From assembly GCA_020444245.1 (NCBI GenBank), contig JAHLLI010000026.1:643-64642 (forward strand): a stretch of DNA of 64,000 nucleotides. The letters run 5' to 3'. Positions 39,687 through 49,799 of this stretch are shown piece after piece (position 1 is the first letter of the stretch; every line of letters starts with the position of its first letter). The notes beneath the pieces are model-generated. The model saw only the letters and a list, made by a program, of their open reading frames with translations, did no database searches and was not told the DNA's origin. The DNA is from Actinomycetales bacterium (lineage in GTDB: Bacteria; Actinomycetota; Actinomycetes; Actinomycetales; Cellulomonadaceae). The translations under genes were made by a program, and so were the position numbers.

Positions 39687-41246
39687 GTGCCGACCCGGGT
39701 GGTGGTCGACACCGACTCGTTGCGGACCACCGCGCGGTACCTCCAGGGCGCCCTCGACCAGCTCACCCTGATCCGGCAGTCGTTGACCCAGGTCGGCGCC
39801 GTGGTCGACACCGACGCCGACCAGGCGACCCGTCGCCTGGCGATCCTGGCCTGGGTCGAACGGCTCGGTGCGGCGCTCACCGAGGACCACCGGGCCCTGG
39901 CGCAGGAGATCATGGAGCTCGAGGCGCAGGAGGGCGACCCACCGGCCGGCTTCGCCGAGAAGGCGGCCGGCGGCCCGACCGGCGCGGCCGCGAACCTGGT
40001 GCTCCTGCCCACGATCGGCTCCCTCGTGCTGCGCCGCATCGACGGCCCACCCGAGCCGCCGCCGGAGCCGTGGGACGAGTCCTGGGTGAACCCGGACGGG
40101 AGCGTGCCCGCCGGGCCCACCACCGCGGGGTCCGGGTCGCAGACCGGGGCCGCCCCGGGCAGCGGCTTCGGCTCGCAGTGGGACGACCGCGAGGAGTCCG
40201 CCGAAGGGCAACCCGGTGGCTCGGGGGGTGCCGGCGGCGGGGGCGCCGGCGCGTCCGGCAGCGTGACCTTCGACGTGGACGCCGACGCCGACGCGGACTC
40301 CTACGCCGGGGCCACCGATGGCGGCGGCTACGCCGCGGGGGCCTCCGCCGAGGCCGGAGTCGGCGTCCACGGACACGTCGACGGGGAGTTCGACGCGGGG
40401 GCGCTCAGCGGCTCGGCGCAGGCGGACGCGTCGGCGCAGGCCTGGGCGGGCGCCCACGCCGATGGTCAGGTGGGCCCCGACGGGCTCGACGCATCGGTGG
40501 GGGCCTCGGCCGGTGCGACGGCCGGCGTGGAGGCGAGTGGCTCGGTGGACCTGGGCCCGGTGTCGGCCGGCGGCCAGGCGCACGCCGAGGCCGGTGCGCA
40601 GGCCCACGGCGAGGCGAGCGCTCACGCGGGGCTCGACGGCGTCGACGGCTCTGCGGGCGCCGGTGCGTTCGCGGGTGCGGAGGCGGGAGCGAGCTACCAG
40701 GCCGGTGTCGGCGACTCCACGGTCGGCGGCGGCGCGGGCGCCCGGGCCGGCGTCGGCGCCGAGGTCCACGCGTCGGCGGGGATCGACGGCGAGGGGGTGG
40801 GCGTCAGCTTCGACGCCGGAGCGGCGCTGGGCGTCGGCGTCTCGTTGGAGGTGGATGTGCACCTCGACTGGAGCGACCTGGACGTCACAGAGTGGTTCGA
40901 CGGCGACTCCGGCGCCCCGGCGGCCGGACCCACCGCCCCTGCGGCGCCTGCCGATGCGCAGCCGCCCGCGGCCGAGCCGGAACCGGTGCTCGGGACCCCG
41001 GCGCACCGAGACCCCGGTCCGCAGCTGCACCGGTGGGCGCCCGACATCGGCCCGGGCCGGCCGGAGGTGTCGGCCGTCCCGCACCCGCCGCTCGCCGCGG
41101 ACGCGGGGCTCACGCCGTCGGTGCAGGGGCCGTCGCTCGTCCCGCCGCCCCCGGACGGGTTCGTCGGTGAGGCGGCGCGCGCGCCGTCACCGCCGGGTCG
41201 CCCCGACCTGTCCGCGGTGCTCGACCGCCTCATGCCCTCCCACTGA
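39687..41246 (+). CDS. Putative T7SS substrate: helical N-terminus, Gly/Ala beta-repeat domain, Pro-rich tail (519 aa)
   Basis: GTG 1 nt after previous stop; VVVDTDSLRTTARYL N-terminus typical of WXG100-like leaders; alternating G/A repeats ~40257-40880. Confidence 0.7.
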   Translation: MPTRVVVDTDSLRTTARYLQGALDQLTLIRQSLTQVGAVVDTDADQATRRLAILAWVERLGAALTEDHRALAQEIMELEAQEGDPPAGFAEKAAGGPTGAAANLVLLPTIGSLVLRRIDGPPEPPPEPWDESWVNPDGSVPAGPTTAGSGSQTGAAPGSGFGSQWDDREESAEGQPGGSGGAGGGGAGASGSVTFDVDADADADSYAGATDGGGYAAGASAEAGVGVHGHVDGEFDAGALSGSAQADASAQAWAGAHADGQVGPDGLDASVGASAGATAGVEASGSVDLGPVSAGGQAHAEAGAQAHGEASAHAGLDGVDGSAGAGAFAGAEAGASYQAGVGDSTVGGGAGARAGVGAEVHASAGIDGEGVGVSFDAGAALGVGVSLEVDVHLDWSDLDVTEWFDGDSGAPAAGPTAPAAPADAQPPAAEPEPVLGTPAHRDPGPQLHRWAPDIGPGRPEVSAVPHPPLAADAGLTPSVQGPSLVPPPPDGFVGEAARAPSPPGRPDLSAVLDRLMPSH

Positions 41247-41257
41247 CCGGAGCCTCC

Positions 41258-41737
41258 ATGGACCTGTCCTACCCGAGCGCGGACTTCCCCGGGCCGCCGT
41301 CCTTGACCGTGGCCGTGCCCGACGGCTGGGTGCGCCTGGACCAGGCGGACACCGTGGTCGCGGCCGTCGACCCCGCCTCGCCGCAGGGCGCGGCCACGAC
41401 GTTCCTGGTGACCGTCGCCCGGGTGGTCGGCGAGCAGGACCTCGACGGTCTGGTCGGGCGTCAGGTGAGCGTCGCGGCCGAAGGGCTGGGTGCCACGGTC
41501 GAACGCCAGCGGCGCGAGCAGGTCGCCGGTCTCGACGCGGTCTGGTCGGCGTTCAGCCTCCCGGCACGCAGCGACCGTCCGGTGAGCCTGTTCCAGGCCC
41601 AGACGGCGCTGCTCGTGCCGCGGCGGCCGCGGGTCCGCGACCTCGTCACGATGGTCGCGACCTGTTCGGCCGATCTCGCGCCACGCTACGGCGAGGTCTT
41701 CCGGGAGATCTTCCTGAGTCTGGCCCTGGAGGTCTGA
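41258..41737 (+). CDS. PsbP/DcrB/LpqN-like soluble protein (159 aa)
   Basis: GGAG SD; LTVAVPDGW, then beta-rich Q.ALL...LVTMVAT...FREIFLSL pattern; no signal peptide. Confidence 0.6.
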   Translation: MDLSYPSADFPGPPSLTVAVPDGWVRLDQADTVVAAVDPASPQGAATTFLVTVARVVGEQDLDGLVGRQVSVAAEGLGATVERQRREQVAGLDAVWSAFSLPARSDRPVSLFQAQTALLVPRRPRVRDLVTMVATCSADLAPRYGEVFREIFLSLALEV

Positions 41738-41740
41738 CCC

Positions 41741-44700
41741 TCATCCCAGCCGGGCGACCTGGACGTAGTCCACGATGCCGCGGTCGACCAGCAGACCGCG
41801 CCCGGCGGGGAACCGCCGCGAGGCCCGCCGTGGGAACCGGAGGCCGAACAGGTCACCGTCGGTGTCGACGTCGGGCGTCAGCACGATGCCGTGCTTGCCC
41901 TTGCGCAGGTCGGTCGCCCACCCGCCGAAGGCGCGGTGCGCGGTGTGCGTGCCGAGCGCGGCGAGCACCACCAGGTCCAGATCCCGCCCCGTGCGGATCA
42001 GGGTCGACAGTGCCGTGGCGTTCGGGGAGTCCACGAGCTCGTCACCGTCGTCGACGACCACCAGCCACGGACGCCCGGGGGTGGTCCGGCGCTCGCGCGC
42101 CTGGTCCGCCAGGCGCCGGGCCAGGTCGTCGCTCGCCTCCGTCCCGCGGGCGACCTCGTGCCACCACGGTCGCTCGGCCAGGGGGGTGCGCCGTGGCGCG
42201 AGCAGGTAGCACTCCAGCTCGGGGCGTGCTGCGACCAGACCCGCGGTCAGCGTCTCCAGCGTCGTGGTGCGTCCCGAGAGTGCCGGTCCCAGGACCGCGA
42301 ACACCGGGTCCTCGCCCATGTCCACGCCGACGGGACCGTGGCTGATCCCGGAGATGCCGATCGGCACGGCCGAGAGCGTCGGGGCAGCGACCGGCAGGTC
42401 CGAGGTTCGGATGTCGTCCCCCAGGACCTCCACAGCAGGGGGACGGACGGCGTCGGCCCCGCCCGGCCGCGACCGCACGGTGGCGCCGAGCCGTTCCAGC
42501 GCGAGCGCCTGGCCCGCGCCGGAGGCATCGTCGCCGAGCATCGCGATCTGGACCTCGGAGCCCTGCGCGAAACCCCGACCGGGCGGGAGCGTCGTGTCCG
42601 CCAGCGCCGACGGCAGGCCGAGTGAGGCGTAGTCGTTGCCTTCGGCCATCCGCAGGACCACCCGCTCGCTGACCGCGCTGGACAGCGTCGACGGCACCGC
42701 GTTCGGCCGGTCCGCCGTCACCACGAAGGTCACGCCGACCGCTCGACCACGCGCGACGAGCCGGTCGAAGCGCTCGACGAGCTCACCGCGGTCGACGTTG
42801 AGGTAGGTCTGGCGGAAGGCGGCGAAGCCGTCGAGCAGCACCACCACGTAGGGCAGCCGCCCACCGCCGGCGCGCAGCTCGGCGAGGTTCGACGCCGCAG
42901 CCTCGCTCAGCCTCCGGGTGCGCCGCGCCACGAGCGCGTCGAGCATGTCGAACAGCCGGTCGACGCGCTCGGACTCCTCCGCCGCCACGACCCCGCCGAC
43001 CTGTGGCAGGGCCACGAGCGGCGCCAGACCCCGCCCGGCGAAGTCGAGGCCGTAGAGCTGGATGTCGGCCGGGTCGAGTCGCGCTGCCAAGGACGCGGCC
43101 ACGGTGCGCAGCAGCTGGGTCTTGCCCGCTCCACCGGTGCCGAAGACGAGCACGTGGCCGTGGACCTCCGGGTCGTACCAGTGGATGTCCCTGGCCTGGC
43201 GCTCGGGCCTGTCCACGAGGCCGAGCGGTGCGGCAGCTGCGGTGAGTCCCGCGGGTGCTGCGGCGTCGAGCAGGTCGGCCAGGTCCACCCGGTCGGGAAG
43301 CGGGTCGAGCCAGGGCCGCGGCTGGTCGGGCACCCCGGCTGCGACGTGCGCGGCCCGGATCGCCGTCACGAGGCGTTGCAGGTCGGTGGGCCGCTCGTCG
43401 TGGACCTCGCGGACGCCGGACGAGGTGGCCCGCAGACCCGACCGCACCTCGAACGGTGTCACCGTGGTGGGCTGACGGGTGGCGCCGCGCTGCTGGGACC
43501 GGGCGCTCGCGTACGCCGACTGCACCAGCGTGACGTCGGTGTGCCCGAGGCGGACGTACCCGCGGCCCGGCAGGCCCTTGGGGATGCGCGCGGCGTCGGG
43601 GCGGTCGAGCACGTCACTGCTGTCCTGCTCGTCGGCCATCCGGAGCGCGATGCGCAGGTTCGTGTTCGCCCGGATGCTGTCGTCGACCACGCCCGCCGGA
43701 CGCTGCGTCGCCAGCATCAGGTGCACCCCGAGGGACCGACCGCGCTGTGCGATGTCGATGACGCCGGAGACGAACTGCGGGACCTCCTTCTTGAGGAAGG
43801 CGAACTCGTCGAACACGAGGAACAGGCTGGCCGGCGCCGCGGCCGGGAACCGCTGCTCGAGCTCCGGGAGGTCCTTGCAGGAGTGCTCTCGCAGGATCTC
43901 CTCGCGGCGGCGCAGCTCGGCGTTGAGCGACACCAGCGCACGGCTCGCCAGGTGGGCGTCCAGGTCGGTGAAGAACCCGACCGTGTGCGGGAGATCCACG
44001 CAGTCCTTGAACGCCGCGCCGCCCTTGTAGTCGATCAGCACGAACGTCAGCGCCGAGGCCGGATGGGTGGCAGCGAGGGCGCCGATCCACGCCTGGAGCA
44101 GCTCGCTCTTGCCCGATCCGGTGGTGCCGGCGGTCAGGCCGTGCGGACCGTCCCTGCGGAGGTCGACGACCACCGGTCCGGCGGCACCCTCGCCGAGCGG
44201 GGCGCCCAGATCACCCGTCCCGGCATGGTCGGACCATCGGCGGCGGATGGCGTCAGGGTCGGGTTCGGGCAGCCCGAGCAGGTCGAGCAGCAGGACGCGG
44301 CGCGGCACCTCGCCCGAGGCCGAGCTCGCGCTCGCGTCGCGCAGCGGCGCCATCCGGCGCCCGAGATCGGTGGCCTGATCGCTGCCGAGCGCGTCGAGTC
44401 GGACCCCGGGCACGGTGTCCCCGGTGGCGGTCAGGGTCACCGAGCCGTCCGGACCGGCGGCGTCGACCACGGCGCGGCACTCCCCGGGGAGCTGCTCGAC
44501 CCCGCCCGCCCCGACCACCACGAGGACGCCGTGCCGAGGCCCATCGGCCATCAGCCGGGACAGCGCGGGCCGTGGGACCGGGATCGGTCCGGGCACGACG
44601 ACGAGCACGACCGGGTGCGCCGTCTGGTCGCCGACACCGCGCTCGGCGCGCAGCCGGCGCTGGACGACCAGGTCGTCGACCACCTGGAACAGCGCGCGGA

Positions 44701-46132
44701 CGTCGTCCTCCTGGCACGCGACGCTGCGTCCGCCCGGCAGGCCCTGGAGCAGGGTCTCGGTGTGGGGGAGCCATCGCAGCCAGGACCACGACGGGCCGTC
44801 GTCGGGCAGCAGTCCCACGATGGCCAGGTCCTTGGGGCTGTGCAGCGCGGCGGCCTGGAACGCGATCCACCGCAGCAGCGCGTCGCGTGCGGTCGGGTCG
44901 CCGGCGACGCCCAGGACCCCGACCGTCGGCAAGCCGACGTCCACGGGCACGGCTGGGTCCGTGGCGTGGGTGCGCGCGAGCTCCTCGGCTCGCTCGAGGT
45001 CTGCGGGGTCGGGCGTCGCGTCGGGATCGGCGGCCGCGACTGCGACGTCGACCACGAGCCTGGAGGGCAGGTCGGCGGTGCCGATCCGCACCGTGAGGAA
45101 GTCGGTGTCGTCGGGCCGGCGCTTCCAGAGCCGCGGGCTGCGCGAGTGCACCCAGCCGGCCAGCTCGGCGAGGTTGGGCGCGTCCGCGCGTCGGGCGGCG
45201 AGCAGGTCTCGGTAGGTCCCGTCGACCTGGTCGGACAGCTGGGCCAGGGCCGTCTCGTAGGCGGCGCGCCGGGTGGCGTAGTCCCGGCGCCCGCTGCGGC
45301 GGTCCTCCCAGGTCGAGGCCACCAGGACCAGCGGCCCCATGAGGGCGAACAGGAGCATCACGGGACCGAGGAAGTAGGCGAGGACCCCGCCCACGAGCAC
45401 CGGCACCAGTGCGGCGCTCAGGGGGATGCGCCGTCGGGGCGGCTTCTGCGGCGGTGCGGGCACCTGGATCCGTCGAGGGATGTCAGGTCTGGCCACCCGG
45501 GGAGGCCGCGAGAAGGCGTCGCGCCCGTCGGCGCGCCGGACCGAGGCCGTCGCGGTGCCCCGCGCCGGTTCGATGGTGAGCTGGGTCGAGCCGATCTCCA
45601 CCACCTGTCCGGCCAGCACGGGGGTCGGCTCGTCGAGCCGTGACCCGTCGAGGAACGATCCGTTGCTGGAACCGGCATCGGTCGCGACCACGGACTTCGA
45701 GCCGACGCCGAGGTGCAGGTGGCGACGGCTGATCCGCTCGTCGTCGAGCACGATGTCGGCCGAGGCGTCCCGACCGACCAGGTACCCCCGGCCTGCCACG
45801 AGGGGCTCGCGGCGACCCGCACCGGGCCCGGCGGCGACGCACAGCTCGAACGCGGCCGGGGTGCGGGTGGCGTCGCTGGAGGTGCCCGTCGGTGCGGTCC
45901 CCGGCACGGTCAGCTCGACCGTGTCACCGTGCGCGAGACCGAGCTCGGCGACCGGCCGCGCCGGATCGATCCGCGCGCCGGTCGGACTGACCCAGCCGTC
46001 GACCTCGCCGACGCCACCGGTCGCGTCACGAAGGGCGGCGAGCAGCTCGGCCGCCGGGCTGGCCGGGTCCACCTCGACGCGCACCTCACGCGGGGTCCGG
46101 CTCGGGCCCGTGACGACCAGCAGCAGCTCCAC
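41741..46132 (-). CDS. EccC/EssC-type FtsK/SpoIIIE ATPase with N-terminal ubiquitin-like and FHA domains (1463 aa)
   Basis: Ubl-like first ~80 aa (LGLAHGDTVEL); FHA VGR/ISRRH/SSNGS; two TM helices; ATPase 1 GTTGSGKS/FDEF, ATPase 2 GTGGAGKT/LDGF, ATPase 3 GPALSGRT/VDDGD. Confidence 0.92.
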   Translation of the reverse strand: MELLLVVTGPSRTPREVRVEVDPASPAAELLAALRDATGGVGEVDGWVSPTGARIDPARPVAELGLAHGDTVELTVPGTAPTGTSSDATRTPAAFELCVAAGPGAGRREPLVAGRGYLVGRDASADIVLDDERISRRHLHLGVGSKSVVATDAGSSNGSFLDGSRLDEPTPVLAGQVVEIGSTQLTIEPARGTATASVRRADGRDAFSRPPRVARPDIPRRIQVPAPPQKPPRRRIPLSAALVPVLVGGVLAYFLGPVMLLFALMGPLVLVASTWEDRRSGRRDYATRRAAYETALAQLSDQVDGTYRDLLAARRADAPNLAELAGWVHSRSPRLWKRRPDDTDFLTVRIGTADLPSRLVVDVAVAAADPDATPDPADLERAEELARTHATDPAVPVDVGLPTVGVLGVAGDPTARDALLRWIAFQAAALHSPKDLAIVGLLPDDGPSWSWLRWLPHTETLLQGLPGGRSVACQEDDVRALFQVVDDLVVQRRLRAERGVGDQTAHPVVLVVVPGPIPVPRPALSRLMADGPRHGVLVVVGAGGVEQLPGECRAVVDAAGPDGSVTLTATGDTVPGVRLDALGSDQATDLGRRMAPLRDASASSASGEVPRRVLLLDLLGLPEPDPDAIRRRWSDHAGTGDLGAPLGEGAAGPVVVDLRRDGPHGLTAGTTGSGKSELLQAWIGALAATHPASALTFVLIDYKGGAAFKDCVDLPHTVGFFTDLDAHLASRALVSLNAELRRREEILREHSCKDLPELEQRFPAAAPASLFLVFDEFAFLKKEVPQFVSGVIDIAQRGRSLGVHLMLATQRPAGVVDDSIRANTNLRIALRMADEQDSSDVLDRPDAARIPKGLPGRGYVRLGHTDVTLVQSAYASARSQQRGATRQPTTVTPFEVRSGLRATSSGVREVHDERPTDLQRLVTAIRAAHVAAGVPDQPRPWLDPLPDRVDLADLLDAAAPAGLTAAAAPLGLVDRPERQARDIHWYDPEVHGHVLVFGTGGAGKTQLLRTVAASLAARLDPADIQLYGLDFAGRGLAPLVALPQVGGVVAAEESERVDRLFDMLDALVARRTRRLSEAAASNLAELRAGGGRLPYVVVLLDGFAAFRQTYLNVDRGELVERFDRLVARGRAVGVTFVVTADRPNAVPSTLSSAVSERVVLRMAEGNDYASLGLPSALADTTLPPGRGFAQGSEVQIAMLGDDASGAGQALALERLGATVRSRPGGADAVRPPAVEVLGDDIRTSDLPVAAPTLSAVPIGISGISHGPVGVDMGEDPVFAVLGPALSGRTTTLETLTAGLVAARPELECYLLAPRRTPLAERPWWHEVARGTEASDDLARRLADQARERRTTPGRPWLVVVDDGDELVDSPNATALSTLIRTGRDLDLVVLAALGTHTAHRAFGGWATDLRKGKHGIVLTPDVDTDGDLFGLRFPRRASRRFPAGRGLLVDRGIVDYVQVARLG

Positions 46133-46148
46133 GCTCAGGCCCCCGTGC

Positions 46149-47870
46149 TCACGGGCGCAGGGCACATGCGACGGGCCCGGGCTGGCTCTCGACGAACCCC
46201 TCGGTCATGGCCGTGATCTCGTAGCAGCTCGTACCCGAGGGAGGCTCGTCGAAGTAGCAGTGCGGGAAGTCGATCCCGCACTGCGTGGTGTCGTCCCGGG
46301 GGACCTGGGCGACGACGGTCCAGGGGCCGGTCGTGCTGGTCGAGCGGTAGATGTTGTAGACGGAGGTGAACGACGACGTGGACTCCGACCAGACCACGGC
46401 GATCGTGCCCGCACCGTGCCCCGCGGCGTAGGTCGTCACGGGCGCCGTCGGCGCAATAGCGACGATCGACGGGAGCGGGGGCTTCAGGGTGAGCTTCGGG
46501 GTCGGCGCCACCGTGACGGTCGCCGTCGCGGTGGGCGTGGCCGACTCCGCGCTGGGTTCAGGGCTGGGCGTCGCGGTCTCGGTGGGGGTGGGCGTCGCGG
46601 TCTCGGTGGGAGTGGGCGTGCTGGTCGCCGTGCTCTGCTCGCTCGTGGTGCTGGTGTCGCTCGTGGGGATCGGCTCGGCGCCGACCGTGCCCTGCCAGGG
46701 CCTCAGCACCGCCACGGCGACACCGCCGCCGGCGAGCAGGACGGCCAGCGTCACGACGGCGACGAGCACGCCGGTGCGGGAGCGACGACGCGGGGGCGTG
46801 GCCGCGGCATCCGGGTTGGCGTCGCGGTCGCGACCTCCGGCCACCGTGGCCTCGCCGCCCACCGGCGCGGCGTGCCCGGTGAAGGCAGGCGGCGCGATGG
46901 TGGCTCCGGTCGCGGCAGCGCCGGCGGCGGGGCGCACGGTCCGTGCACCGACCGTCGTAGCGGCGGCGGGCGCAGGGCCGGGCGCGGCCGGCGGGGCGGC
47001 GGAGCCGACGATCATCTCCGTGACCGGGAGGCCGGAGTCACGCTGGGCGCGCTGGAGCAGCTCGCCGAACGCTGCCGCGGAGGCGGGCCGGTCGGCCGGG
47101 TCCTTGGCCATCGCGGCCGCGACCACCCGGCGAAGCGGCTCGGGGACCTCGGGCGGGAGCTCGGCCGGCGGGCTGTGCAGGACGTCGTCGACGAACACCG
47201 CGAGGCCGGTGTCCCCGGTGTGGGCGAACGCCGGCCGACCGGCGAGCAGCTGGTACAGCGTGGACCCGAGCCCGTAGACGTCGCTCGCCACGCTGGCGGG
47301 CTCGCCGCGCAGGACCTCCGGCGCCGCATGGCTGGGGGAGTAGGCCGCGGTGAGGCCGGTCGCCGAGACCCCGGCCACGGTCGCGATCCCGAAGTCGGCC
47401 AAGGCCGGCTCCCCGAACGCGGTGACCAGGACGTTCTCGGGCTTGAGGTCGCGATGCAGCACGTCGTGCTGGTGCGCGGTGTGCAGCGCGCCGGCGATCT
47501 TCACGCCGATCCGCGCGACGTCCTGCGCCGGCAGTGGCCCGGCGTGGAGCATGCCGGCGAGCGAACCGCGCTCGCAGTACGTCATCGACAGGTACGGCCG
47601 CCCGTCGTCGAGGAACCCGGAGTCGAGCACGGTGACGATGTTGGGGTGGCCGGTCAGCCGGCCGGTGATCGCCGCCTCGCGCTGGAACCGGTGGCGTGCG
47701 GCGTCATCGGCGATCCCGGCGTCGAAGACCTTGATGGCGACGTAGCGGTCCTGTGCCACCTGGCGGGCGCGCCACACCGACCCGAACGCACCGCGGCCGA
47801 CCTGCTCGGAGGGCTCGTAGCCATCGATCTGTGGTCCGACCGGATGGGGCACGCCCCCTTGGGTGCTCAC
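46149..47870 (-). CDS. Transmembrane Ser/Thr protein kinase with extracellular Fn3-like domain (573 aa)
   Basis: GRGAFG, VAIK, HPNIV, HRDLKPEN, DFG, APE all intact; TM VLVAVVTLAVLL; Thr/Pro stalk; VWS..YNIYRS..CYEITA; TAGGGT -10 6 nt before GTG. Confidence 0.93.
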   Translation of the reverse strand: MSTQGGVPHPVGPQIDGYEPSEQVGRGAFGSVWRARQVAQDRYVAIKVFDAGIADDAARHRFQREAAITGRLTGHPNIVTVLDSGFLDDGRPYLSMTYCERGSLAGMLHAGPLPAQDVARIGVKIAGALHTAHQHDVLHRDLKPENVLVTAFGEPALADFGIATVAGVSATGLTAAYSPSHAAPEVLRGEPASVASDVYGLGSTLYQLLAGRPAFAHTGDTGLAVFVDDVLHSPPAELPPEVPEPLRRVVAAAMAKDPADRPASAAAFGELLQRAQRDSGLPVTEMIVGSAAPPAAPGPAPAAATTVGARTVRPAAGAAATGATIAPPAFTGHAAPVGGEATVAGGRDRDANPDAAATPPRRRSRTGVLVAVVTLAVLLAGGGVAVAVLRPWQGTVGAEPIPTSDTSTTSEQSTATSTPTPTETATPTPTETATPSPEPSAESATPTATATVTVAPTPKLTLKPPLPSIVAIAPTAPVTTYAAGHGAGTIAVVWSESTSSFTSVYNIYRSTSTTGPWTVVAQVPRDDTTQCGIDFPHCYFDEPPSGTSCYEITAMTEGFVESQPGPVACALRP

Positions 47871-47965
47871 AGGTTCACCCTAGCGGCGGGGGACCGGGCG
47901 CCGGAGGGACCGAACGGGGGTTTGCCGGCGGGTCGGCGCCGACGATGGTCTGGGATGCTGGGCGG

Positions 47966-48586
47966 GTGCGCCTGTTCGCCTCGATCCGTCCACCGGGCCC
48001 CGTCCTCGACCACCTCCGTGGCGCGCTGCACACGGCCGCGACCGCGGACCTTCCGGTGCGGTGGACCGCCGAGGAGAACTGGCACCTGACGGTCGCGTTC
48101 TTCGGCGAGGTGCCCGACGGCGCCCTCGGCGAGCTCGGTGGGTCCTTGGGCCAGGTCGCGGGTGTCGCGGCGCCGTTCGAGCTGCGGCTGCGCGGTGCTG
48201 GCGTGTTCTCCGGGCGCACGCTGTGGGTCGGCGCGTCCGGCGACGACGGCGCGATGGCGGCCCTGGCCAGATCGGCGCGTGAGGCGGGCGAGATGGTCAG
48301 CGGCTTCCGCGACACCCGAGACCGGCACCGCGCTCACCTGACCGTCGGCCGGGTGCTCGACGACGGCTCCGCCGCGCGCCGCGCCTGCTCGCGCGACGGC
48401 CGGCGCGTACCCGGTGCGGTCGACCACCTGGTGCACGCGCTCGCGCTGTACGAGGGGCCGGCGTGGACGGTGGGTGAGCTGCTGCTCGAGCAGTCGTGGC
48501 CCGGCGGTGGGCGTGGCGGGGGGCCGCGCTACGAGCGGGTCGGCCGGTGGCCGCTCGGGAACGCGCCCCGCACTGTGGCAGGATGA
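47966..48586 (+). CDS. thpR: RNA 2',3'-cyclic phosphodiesterase (2H family)
   Basis: MRLFASI, WHLTVAF and AHLTVGR HxT motifs, LWVG. Confidence 0.85.
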   Translation: MRLFASIRPPGPVLDHLRGALHTAATADLPVRWTAEENWHLTVAFFGEVPDGALGELGGSLGQVAGVAAPFELRLRGAGVFSGRTLWVGASGDDGAMAALARSAREAGEMVSGFRDTRDRHRAHLTVGRVLDDGSAARRACSRDGRRVPGAVDHLVHALALYEGPAWTVGELLLEQSWPGGGRGGGPRYERVGRWPLGNAPRTVAG

Positions 48587-48644
48587 CCGCGTGGCACGCG
48601 GTGATCGTCGATTTAGCCAGCCCGCCGGTGGGCGGCGCGGCTGA

Positions 48645-49798
<1,154 letters not shown>

Positions 49799-49799
<1 letters not shown>

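Noticed and set aside
47966-48586. thpR as part of the T7SS locus (RNA-repair immunity)
   Set aside because: Divergently transcribed and a widespread housekeeping gene; no RNase toxin in the locus to motivate the link
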